Shown: positions 55,174-64,000 of the stretch, piece by piece
Layout: each line of letters begins with the position of its first letter
How positions within the stretch are numbered: position 1 is the stretch's first letter
DNA from: Sulfuricellaceae bacterium
GTDB taxonomy: Bacteria > Pseudomonadota > Gammaproteobacteria > Burkholderiales > UBA9220
NCBI GenBank assembly: GCA_050177075.1
Contig: JBFXHL010000001.1
Coordinates: forward strand, 3,349 to 67,348
Reading direction: 5' to 3'
Length of the DNA: 64,000 bases
Program-made: the position numbers and the translations under genes
The notes under the pieces: generated by a model
What the model saw: only the letters and a program-made list of their open reading frames with translations
The model's database searches: none
What the model was told of the DNA's origin: nothing

Positions 55174-56031
55174 ATGTCCCCCTACGCCCTCGACGTCACC
55201 GAAGCCGATTTCGACCAGCATGTCATCGAAGCCTCCAAGACCACCCCGGTAATCATCGATTTCTGGGCCGAATGGTGCGGCCCCTGCCGGGTGCTGAAGC
55301 CGATGCTGGAAAAACTGGCGGCGGAATACCAGGGCAAATTCATCCTCGCCAAGATCGACTCCGACGAGAATGCCCGCATCGCCGGCCGCTACGCGGTGCG
55401 GGGCATCCCGACGGTGATCGCCATCGTCAACGGCGAGGAGGTGGACCGTTTCTCCGGCGCCCTGCCGGAAGGCCAGGTGCGCAAATTCCTCGACAAGCTG
55501 ATTCCTTCCCCCGCCGCCGAACTGCGCCGCCAGGCGGCGGAGCGCTACCACCAGGGCGACGCCCCCGGCGCCCTGAAACTCCTCGGCGAAGCCTCCCAGC
55601 TCGACCCGGAGGACACGGACACCCGCCTGCTGGCGGCGGAAATCCTGCTCCACAGCGGCAACCCCGCCGAGGCCCGGCGGCTCATCGACAGCCTGCCGCC
55701 GGTCAAGCGCATGGAGGACAAGGTGGTCACCCTCCTCGCCCGGCTGGAATTCGCCGAGAAGGGCCAGTCCCTCCCCGGCGCCGAGGAGCTGGAAAGCCGC
55801 ATCCAACAGGACGAAAACGACCTGGCGGCCCGCCTCGAGCTGGCCAACCTCCATGTCGCCCGGGAACGCTACGAAGCCGCCCTGGAGCAGCTGCTGCAAA
55901 TCGTGCGGCGGGACCGCGCCTTCCAGGACGACATCGGCCGCAAGACCATGCTCCAGGTGTTCCAGCTGCTCGGCGGAGAAGGGGAACTGGTGAGCAAGTA
56001 CCGCAAGCTGCTGGCTTCTACCCTCTACTGA
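55174..56031 (+). CDS. Thioredoxin-domain/TPR co-chaperone (YbbN/CnoX-like) with intact WCGPC
   Basis: N-terminal DFWAEWCGPCRVLKP. C-terminal TPR-like repeats. Confidence 0.85.
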   Translation: MSPYALDVTEADFDQHVIEASKTTPVIIDFWAEWCGPCRVLKPMLEKLAAEYQGKFILAKIDSDENARIAGRYAVRGIPTVIAIVNGEEVDRFSGALPEGQVRKFLDKLIPSPAAELRRQAAERYHQGDAPGALKLLGEASQLDPEDTDTRLLAAEILLHSGNPAEARRLIDSLPPVKRMEDKVVTLLARLEFAEKGQSLPGAEELESRIQQDENDLAARLELANLHVARERYEAALEQLLQIVRRDRAFQDDIGRKTMLQVFQLLGGEGELVSKYRKLLASTLY

Positions 56032-56190
56032 ACTAGGCTCTAATCCCTTTCCGACACCTGATTGGTATTTTTCTAGGTGTTCGCACGTATTTAAAATTCG
56101 GCTGGCTGGCTTATCGTTAAATCTAAAGGAAAGGATGGGCCGCGAGGTCTTCGCCCGCGCATCAACCAACGCTCGCCGGAGGGTCTAGCC

Positions 56191-56982
56191 ATGAAAGAGA
56201 CGCTGAACCACGAGGAACTGGGACAGTTGCACATGCTGACCGCCCTGTATGTCGAGGACGAAGAAGTGGTCCGCGAGGAGCTCGCCCGTTTCCTCCTCCG
56301 CCGCCTGAAAACGGTCTACACCGCCAAGAACGGCCAGGAAGGGCTGGAACTCTACCGGCAGTACAAGCCAGACGTGGTCATCGCCGACATCACCATGCCC
56401 ATCATGGACGGCCTGGCGATGGCGCGGGTGATCAAGGACGACGACAGCGAAGTGCCGATCATCATCACCAGCGCCCACAACGAGCACGACTTCTTCGTCG
56501 AGTCGGTGGAAATCGGCATCGACAGCTACGTCCTCAAGCCCATCAACGACATCCTGCTGCGCAACATCCTGAAAAGCTCCCAGACCATCCTGCGCGGCCG
56601 CATCGTCGATTCCCAGAACAAGCTGGTGCGCTTCGTCCTTGATCGGACCAGCAACCCCACGGTGGTGGTCCACGGCTCCACGCCGGAAATCATGAACCGG
56701 GCCTTCCTGGAATACCTCGGCTATCCGACGGAAGAGGATTTTCTTCGCTGCCTAGCGGAGGAGGGGAATTTCTGCCTGGTGGACGGCGACGGCACGGAAG
56801 AGGTGCCCGGCTGGAACTGCTTCGACTATTTCAGCCGGCACGAGGATGTCCTGCAGCAAGCCCGCCTGTTCAACCGCCGCTACAACCAGGAAATACCCTG
56901 CGAAGTGCACCACGACAGCTTCCCGGAGTTGGACACCCACATTCTGTCCTTCCACCCCCTGCGCCGCATGGGCGATGCCTGA
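56191..56982 (+). CDS. Response regulator receiver protein with an uncharacterised (PAS-like?) C-terminal domain
   Basis: YVEDEEVV, VVIADITMPIMDG, ITSAHNE and VLKPI receiver motifs. No HTH is recognised. An AT-richer region lies upstream. Confidence 0.75.
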   Translation: MKETLNHEELGQLHMLTALYVEDEEVVREELARFLLRRLKTVYTAKNGQEGLELYRQYKPDVVIADITMPIMDGLAMARVIKDDDSEVPIIITSAHNEHDFFVESVEIGIDSYVLKPINDILLRNILKSSQTILRGRIVDSQNKLVRFVLDRTSNPTVVVHGSTPEIMNRAFLEYLGYPTEEDFLRCLAEEGNFCLVDGDGTEEVPGWNCFDYFSRHEDVLQQARLFNRRYNQEIPCEVHHDSFPELDTHILSFHPLRRMGDA

Positions 56983-56985
56983 CTC

Positions 56986-57318
56986 CTAGACCGGCGTCCC
57001 TTCCGCCTTCCGCCGCACTCGCCGCCGGTCCAGCCACCAGGCCAGCAAGGGCAGGAAAAGAACGGACCCGGGCAAGGCCAGGGTCAAGAGATAGGGACTC
57101 ACCGAGTATAGGCTGCGCAGCATGCGCACCAGTTCCCGCTTCTCCTCCCGGGTCCAGCGATAGCCATTGCGCGGTTTCATCAGCAAGGGCATCAGCCCCC
57201 TCACCTGCAATACCTCCTGCTGGATACGCCGCTTTTCCCGCGCCTGCACCTCCCACAGCGGGCGCAGCATGGCGGCCATGCCTTGACGTCGCGGATCGTC
57301 CGGCAGGAAGAAAGTCAC
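56986..57318 (-). CDS. Small membrane protein, function unknown
   Basis: 110 aa with a C-terminal TM helix (LLTLALPGSVLFLPLLAWW). Lies 9 nt downstream of the oxidoreductase gene. Confidence 0.5.
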   Translation of the reverse strand: MTFFLPDDPRRQGMAAMLRPLWEVQAREKRRIQQEVLQVRGLMPLLMKPRNGYRWTREEKRELVRMLRSLYSVSPYLLTLALPGSVLFLPLLAWWLDRRRVRRKAEGTPV

Positions 57319-57327
57319 GGACGTCTC

Positions 57328-58452
57328 CTAACGGTACTGGGCAAGGTACATTTTTTCGAACGCCCCCTTGGCCCAGTGCAGTAGGCCGGCCTTGAACAGC
57401 AGGCTCCGGGCGGGGCTGCGGTAGACCAGAACGCCGCTGGCGAGGGTGTCCACGATGCACACCAGTTCGGGCTTGAAGGTATGGCGCCCGGGCCGGCCGG
57501 CCAGGTCGGACAGCAGGTTCTTCGCCGCCGCCACCGCCTGCAGGTCGGCCATGTGGGCCTGCTTCGGCAACCAGTCGGGGCCGGGGAAGCTGCCGGCGTC
57601 CCCCGCCACGTACACCCCTTCCACGCCGGGTACGCGGCAGGTCTCGTCGGCCTGGATGAAACCGCCGGGAGACAGGGGCAGGCCGCTGCCCTCCAGCCAG
57701 GCCGGGCCGGTGAGGCCAGGCATGAAGAAGGTCAGGTCGGCGGCGAAATCGCCGCCCTCGGTCTGGACGCTGTTCTCGCCGAAGCCCTTCATCTTGTGGC
57801 CCAGGTGGGTATGGATGTCCCGCCGGCCCATTTCCGCCAGCAGGTTGGTCACCGCCTTTTCCCCCAGGCGCTTGCCGGGCTCGGCGGCGGGCGAGAAGAA
57901 GGTCAGCTGGAACTTGTCCCGCCGCCCCTGCTGGCGCAGCAGGGTGTCGATGCCGAAGAGGAACTCGAATACCGGCCCGCCGCGCATGGCCGACGGCTCG
58001 TTGGGGTTGCCGGCGAAGCCGAAGGCCAGGCTGCCGCCCTCCATCCGGCGCAGCCTGTCGCTGTAGGCCGCCACGGAAGCGTAGCTTTCGCAGGGAATGT
58101 GGACGTGCTCGATGCCCGGCAGCTTCTTGATGAAACGGCTGCCGCTGGCGACGACCAGGTAATCGTAGGCCACCTCGCCGGCATTGGTGAGCACCTTCTT
58201 GGCCGCCAGGTCCAGGCCGGTGACGGCGGCGGCGTGGTGCGCCACGTTCTGGCGGCGGAAATAAGCGCCAAGGTGAACCGTGAGGTCCGCCTCGCTGCGC
58301 AGCCCCGCGGGCACCCAGATCAGGCTGGGATAGAAGAACAGCTCCGCCTTGGGTGACACCAGGGTAAGGGTTTCGCGATACCCCTGCTTGCGCAGGGTTT
58401 TCACCGCGGACAGGGCGGCGAAACCGGATCCCAGGATGACGATGCGCGCCAT
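57328..58452 (-). CDS. FAD-dependent pyridine nucleotide-disulfide oxidoreductase (NDH-2/SQR superfamily)
   Basis: MARIVILGSGFAALSAV Rossmann motif. 374 aa. Confidence 0.8.
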   Translation of the reverse strand: MARIVILGSGFAALSAVKTLRKQGYRETLTLVSPKAELFFYPSLIWVPAGLRSEADLTVHLGAYFRRQNVAHHAAAVTGLDLAAKKVLTNAGEVAYDYLVVASGSRFIKKLPGIEHVHIPCESYASVAAYSDRLRRMEGGSLAFGFAGNPNEPSAMRGGPVFEFLFGIDTLLRQQGRRDKFQLTFFSPAAEPGKRLGEKAVTNLLAEMGRRDIHTHLGHKMKGFGENSVQTEGGDFAADLTFFMPGLTGPAWLEGSGLPLSPGGFIQADETCRVPGVEGVYVAGDAGSFPGPDWLPKQAHMADLQAVAAAKNLLSDLAGRPGRHTFKPELVCIVDTLASGVLVYRSPARSLLFKAGLLHWAKGAFEKMYLAQYR

Positions 58453-58477
58453 GGTATTCCCTCCTTCTGGCAGGTCC

Positions 58478-59119
58478 TCAGGCAGCGCGGCGGCGCTGGC
58501 GGACGAAACCGATGAAGCCCGGCATCAGGGAAAGGAAAATGATGCCGAACACCACCAGGGTGAAGTTCTGTTTTACCACCGGAATGTTGCCGAAAAAGTA
58601 TCCCCCCATCACCAGGGAGCCGACCCAGGCCACACCGCCGACAATGCTGAAGACGACGAAGCGGCGGTAGAGCATGCTGCCGATGCCGGCGACGAAGGGG
58701 GCGAAGGTGCGGATGATGGGGAAGAAGCGCGCCAGGATCACCGCCTTGCCGCCGTGGCGCTCGTAGAAGCGGTGGGTTTCGTGGAGGTGCTGGCGGTTCA
58801 GCAGGCGCGAGGTGTCGCTGTGGAACACCTTGGGACCGACGAAATGGCCGATCCAGTAGTTGGTGTTGTCCCCCAGAAAAGAGGCTGCAATCATCACCGC
58901 TAGGAGCAATACCGGGTCCATGGCCCCGGTGGCGGCCAAGGCGCCGGTGACGAAGAGAAGGGAATCGCCGGGGAGGAAGGGGGTCACCACCAGCCCGGTT
59001 TCGCAGAAGATGATCAGGAACAGGATGGCGTAGATCCAAGTGCCGTAATTCTCCACCAGCCAAGCCAGGTGCTTGTCCAGGTGAAGGACGATATCGAGAA
59101 AGGCGGTCAGCAGTTCCAT
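58478..59119 (-). CDS. dedA: DedA family membrane protein
   Basis: Starts MELLTAFLDIVLHLDKHLAWLVENYG..FCETGLVVTPFLPGDSLLF, collinear with E. coli DedA. The track uses a TTG 18 nt upstream. Confidence 0.88.
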   Translation of the reverse strand: MELLTAFLDIVLHLDKHLAWLVENYGTWIYAILFLIIFCETGLVVTPFLPGDSLLFVTGALAATGAMDPVLLLAVMIAASFLGDNTNYWIGHFVGPKVFHSDTSRLLNRQHLHETHRFYERHGGKAVILARFFPIIRTFAPFVAGIGSMLYRRFVVFSIVGGVAWVGSLVMGGYFFGNIPVVKQNFTLVVFGIIFLSLMPGFIGFVRQRRRAA

Positions 59120-59140
59120 GAAGGTTTCATCATCCAATAA

Positions 59141-59599
59141 TCAAAGGCCCAGGCGCAGGGTGACGAACGAGCGCCGCTCCACCACGAAATCCCCGGTGGC
59201 GAACTCGCCGTAGGCCCCGCCCATATTCTGCAGGGTGAGGGAAATTTCGTTCCCCGCCCCGCGCTTGCCGAACTCCTTCGCCAGGCGGAAATCCACCCGC
59301 CGATAAGGGGGCTGGTAGTCGCCGTCGTTGAGCCACTTCATCGGCACTACCAAATAGTAACCCATGCCGACGGAAAAACCAGCGGAAAAACTACGCTCCC
59401 ACAACAGGCTGGTGGCGTTCGGCGGCGCCGAGGAAGGCACGTCCCGGTCCACATTGGCCGCCGCAGCGATGTGGTTGTCGGTATGGCCCGGCACCAGGCG
59501 GAACAGGTCGTGGATTTCGGTGAAACCGGAGCATCTCCTGTCGATGATCGTCGCCGGGGCGGGAGCGTCGAGGGGGACCGGGCGAGGCGGGAACCCGCC
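59141..59599 (-). pseudogene. Orphan fragment resembling the C-terminal strands of an outer-membrane beta-barrel (TonB-dependent-receptor-like); no credible N-terminus
   Basis: The frame is open from the secF stop to 59141, with only a GTG start. The tail reads ...ISLTLQNMGGAYGEFATGDFVVERRSFVTLRLGL. This is weak pattern-based recognition only. Confidence 0.25.
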
Positions 59600-60532
59600 T
59601 TATATCTCCGCCTCGACCGCTTTCTTCTCCGCTTTCACGAATTGCTCACGGGACACCCCCAGCCACATGACGATGGGGCTCGCCACCAGCACCGAGGAAT
59701 AGATGCCGAAGACGATGCCGATGGTCAGGGCGAGGGCGAAGTAGAACAGGGCCTCGCCGCCGAAGAACAGCATGGACAACACCATCAGTTCGGTCATGGT
59801 GTGGGTGATGACGGTCCGGGACATGGTGCGGGTGATGGCGTTGTCGATGATCTCCGGCACGCTGGCCTTGCGCATCTTGCGGAAGTTCTCGCGGATCCGG
59901 TCGAACACCACCACCGATTCGTTCACCGAGTAGCCCAGGATGGCGAGCACTCCGGCCAGGACGGTGAGGGAGAATTCCCACTGGAAGAAGGCGAAGAAGC
60001 CGAGGATGATCACCACGTCGTGCATGTTGGCGATGATGGCGGCGACGGCGAAGCGCCACTCGAAGCGCACCGCCAGGTAGGCCATGATGCCCAGGCAGAC
60101 CACGATCAGCGCCAGGGAGCCGTTCTCGTACAGTTCCTTGCCCACCTGGGGGCCGACAAACTCCACCCGCTGTTTCTGCACCGTGTCGTCGGTGGCTTTC
60201 AGCGCCGCGTACACCTTGTCGGACAACTGGGCGCTGGACAGGTCCGCCTTCACCGGCAGGCGCACCAGCACGTCCTGGGAGGTGCCGAAATTCTGCACCA
60301 CCGCGTCGTTGAGGCCGATGGAAGCCAGGGTGTCGCGAATCTTGGGCACGTCCGCCGGGTGGGGATAGTGCAGTTCCATCACCGTGCCGCCGGTGAAATC
60401 CACCCCCAGGTTGAGGCCCTTGGTCGCCAGGGCAGCCACCGCCAGGACGAAGGTGAGCAGCGAGATGACCGTGGTCACCCGCGCATACTTCATGAAGGGG
60501 ATGTCGTGCTTGATATTGAAAAATTCGATCAT
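59600..60532 (-). CDS. secF: Protein translocase subunit SecF
   Basis: 310 aa, canonical SecF. Confidence 0.96.
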   Translation of the reverse strand: MIEFFNIKHDIPFMKYARVTTVISLLTFVLAVAALATKGLNLGVDFTGGTVMELHYPHPADVPKIRDTLASIGLNDAVVQNFGTSQDVLVRLPVKADLSSAQLSDKVYAALKATDDTVQKQRVEFVGPQVGKELYENGSLALIVVCLGIMAYLAVRFEWRFAVAAIIANMHDVVIILGFFAFFQWEFSLTVLAGVLAILGYSVNESVVVFDRIRENFRKMRKASVPEIIDNAITRTMSRTVITHTMTELMVLSMLFFGGEALFYFALALTIGIVFGIYSSVLVASPIVMWLGVSREQFVKAEKKAVEAEI

Positions 60533-60548
60533 GTCGTTTCTCCGCCCC

Positions 60549-62363
60549 TCAGATGGAGACTTTCTGGACCCGCGCCTTGCGGCCGTAGATCAGGTTGACC
60601 ATGCTGCGGGACACCATCACCGCGCTGAACATGGAGGTCAGGATGCCCAGGCACAGCACCACGGCGAAGCCCTTCACCGGCCCGGAGCCGAGCCAGAACA
60701 GGGCAATGCCGGCGATGAGGGTGGTGATGTTGGAGTCCAGGATGGTGGCGAAGGCCCGCTCGTAGCCGGCGTGGATCGCCGCCTGGGGCGTGGACCCGGC
60801 GCGCAGCTCCTCGCGGATGCGCTCGTTGATCAGCACGTTGGCGTCGATGGCCATGCCCACGGTGAGGGCGATACCGGCCATGCCCGGCAGGGTCAGGGTC
60901 GCCTGGAGCAGGGACAGGATCGCCACCAGGAACAGCACGTTGGCCCCCAGCGCCAGGGTGGAAATAACGCCGAACAGGCGGTAGTAGAACATCATGAACA
61001 GGGCGATGGCGGCGAAGCCGTAGAGGTTCGAATGGAAGCCCTTGGCGATGTTCTCCTTGCCCATGCTGGGGCCCACGGTGCGCTCCTCGACGATGTCCAT
61101 GGGCGCCGCCAGGGCGCCGGCACGCAGCAGCAGGGCGATGTCGTTGGCCTCCCGGGTGTCCATGCGGCCGGAAATCTGCACCCGGCCGCCACCGATTTCG
61201 GTGCGGATGACAGGAGCGGTGATGACTTCCGCCTGGCCCTTCTCGATCAGCAGGATGGCCATGCGCTTGCCGATGTTCTCCCGGGTCACCTGCTGGAAGA
61301 TGCGGGCACCGCGGCCGTCCAGGGTGATGTGCACCGCCGGCTCGCCGGTCTGGCCATCGAAGCCGGGCTGGGCGTTGCTGATGTAGTCGCCGGTGAGGAC
61401 CACCTGCTTCTTCACCAGCACGGGGGCGCCGTTGCGCTCGTAGAACAGGTCGTCGCCGAAGGGCACCTGGCCCTGCAGCGCGACGGCCACGTCGTGCTCC
61501 TCGTCCACCATGCGGATTTCCAGGGTGGCGGTGCGGCCGAGGATTTCCTTCGCCTTGGCGGTGTCCTGCACGCCGGGCAGCTGCACCACCACGCGGTCGG
61601 TTCCCTGCTGCTGGATGATGGGCTCGGCCACGCCGAGTTCGTTCACCCGGTTGCGCAGGGTGGTGATGTTCTGCTGCAGGGCGTATTCCTGCAGGCGTTT
61701 GGTGGCCTCGGGCTTGAGGCTGCCCACCAAGAACGGCTCGCCCCCCTCGTCCGCTTCCTTGAAGCTCAGGTCGGGTTGGGACTTGGCCAGCTCGGCCTCG
61801 CCCTGGCTGCGCCCCGCGGCGTCGCGGAACTTGACCTTGAGCTGGTTCCCTTCGCGGCTGACGCCGGAATAGGGAATCTTCTGGTCCCGCAGGGAAGAAC
61901 GGATATCGCCGCTCATGCGGTCGATGGCCTTGTCCAGGGCCGCCTTCATGTCCACCTGAAGGAGGAAGTGCACGCCGCCCCGCAGGTCCAGGCCCAGGTA
62001 CATGGGCAGGGCGCCGACGGCATGGAGCCAGGCGGGAGAGCTGGAGAGCAGGTTCAGGGCCACGGTGTAGCCGCTGCCGAGCTGGCCTTGCAGAATATCC
62101 TTCGCCTTCAGCTGGGCGTCGGTATCGGCGAAACGAATCTTGATGCCGCTGGCGTCGAGGACGGCGCCGCTATACGGGACATTGGCCTGTTTGAGAGCGG
62201 ATTCGGCCGATTCCAGCAAGGCGCTGTCGGCCTTGTTCACCGCCTTGGCGGGGGAAATCTGCACGGCGGGCGATTCGCCGTAGAAGTTGGGCAGGGTGTA
62301 GAGCAGGCCCAGCACCAGCGCCACGGCGATGACGACGTATTTCCACAGGGGATAGCGATTCAT
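60549..62363 (-). CDS. secD: Protein translocase subunit SecD
   Basis: 604 aa. MNRYPLWKYVVIAVALVLGLLY... is canonical SecD. Confidence 0.96.
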   Translation of the reverse strand: MNRYPLWKYVVIAVALVLGLLYTLPNFYGESPAVQISPAKAVNKADSALLESAESALKQANVPYSGAVLDASGIKIRFADTDAQLKAKDILQGQLGSGYTVALNLLSSSPAWLHAVGALPMYLGLDLRGGVHFLLQVDMKAALDKAIDRMSGDIRSSLRDQKIPYSGVSREGNQLKVKFRDAAGRSQGEAELAKSQPDLSFKEADEGGEPFLVGSLKPEATKRLQEYALQQNITTLRNRVNELGVAEPIIQQQGTDRVVVQLPGVQDTAKAKEILGRTATLEIRMVDEEHDVAVALQGQVPFGDDLFYERNGAPVLVKKQVVLTGDYISNAQPGFDGQTGEPAVHITLDGRGARIFQQVTRENIGKRMAILLIEKGQAEVITAPVIRTEIGGGRVQISGRMDTREANDIALLLRAGALAAPMDIVEERTVGPSMGKENIAKGFHSNLYGFAAIALFMMFYYRLFGVISTLALGANVLFLVAILSLLQATLTLPGMAGIALTVGMAIDANVLINERIREELRAGSTPQAAIHAGYERAFATILDSNITTLIAGIALFWLGSGPVKGFAVVLCLGILTSMFSAVMVSRSMVNLIYGRKARVQKVSI

Positions 62364-62452
62364 GGTGAAATCCGTGAAGAGTGAGGCGTGAGGGGAAGGC
62401 GGCAGGTAACAAGAGGAGAAGGCGCGGCAATCCGCTCCTCCCCCCTCATTCC

Positions 62453-62785
62453 TTACGCCTCGCCCTTGATGGTGCCCTTGGGAAGCAGGATCTGGACGGT
62501 GGGCTTCTGCACCAGCACCACGGTGTTCTCCGCCACTTCCAGGCTGACGAAGTTGTCGCTGATCTTCACCACCTTGCCCACCAGTCCGCCCTGGGTGACC
62601 ACTTCGTCGCCCTTTTGCAAAGCGTCGAGCATGTTCTTCTGCTCCTTGCTCCGCTTCATCTGCGGACGAATGATCATGAACCAGAACAGGATGAAAATGA
62701 CGATCAGGGGCAGAAAGCCCATGAACCCTTCGGGACCTCCGGCGGGGGCAGCCGCATCGGCCGCATGGGCGAGGTTGATCAGCAT
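62453..62785 (-). CDS. yajC: Preprotein translocase subunit YajC
   Basis: 110 aa. ...FWFMIIRPQMKRSKEQKNMLDALQKGDEVVTQGG. Confidence 0.95.
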   Translation of the reverse strand: MLINLAHAADAAAPAGGPEGFMGFLPLIVIFILFWFMIIRPQMKRSKEQKNMLDALQKGDEVVTQGGLVGKVVKISDNFVSLEVAENTVVLVQKPTVQILLPKGTIKGEA

Positions 62786-62925
62786 GTCGGGACTCCTTGC
62801 GTCAATATACGGATTAAGCGCGGGATTTTAGCACGATGCGCTTGCCGCGGCGTGGCAACTTCGCCGCGCCATGTGTTAGATTGGCTGGAGACTCCGCACG
62901 CCGCGGCCTTTCCGAGGAGCCAAGC

Positions 62926-64000
<1,075 letters not shown>

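Overview
High-GC (roughly mid-60s % by eye) chromosomal window that looks like a Rhodocyclales-type betaproteobacterium. That assignment is inferred from the RecA, AlaS and SecDF sequences and from gene order; I ran no database search. Most of the window is housekeeping: fbp, recA-recX, alaS, a long minus-strand run (glyA, nrdR-ribD-ribE-ribB-ribH-nusB-thiL-pgpA), cstA, ssb/uvrA, prk, acnB, purB and tgt-yajC-secDF. Four regions look accessory or unusual. (1) The left edge to nt 3543 holds the end of an integrated element: a P2 GpA-like replication endonuclease, an HTH protein, a DUF4224-like protein and a tyrosine integrase, all abutting tRNA-Thr(CGT). (2) 29075-32693 is a Cqs/Lqs-type alpha-hydroxyketone quorum-sensing cluster: a CqsA-like synthase convergent with a translationally coupled sensor kinase and an LqsR-like receiver protein. 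(3) The top finding is a 532-bp cassette encoding an intact DUF559 (Vsr-like) endonuclease domain. It is bounded by ~59-nt hairpin-tipped terminal inverted repeats and sits in-frame, without stops, inside the radical-SAM gene ygiQ. Solo copies of the same repeat are also translated in-frame inside alaS and at the pgpA N-terminus. (4) Several decayed or atypical loci are present: a GNAT gene with an internal deletion between tgt and yajC, an orphan beta-barrel-like fragment after secF, a pseudo-receiver/receiver tandem protein, and an EAL-CBS-GGDDF protein. No rRNA genes, CRISPR arrays or recognisable defence systems were seen. Many long ORFs in the six-frame track are antisense high-GC artefacts and were rejected. 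All coordinates and alignments were done by hand. Product calls rest on motif recognition, not searches.
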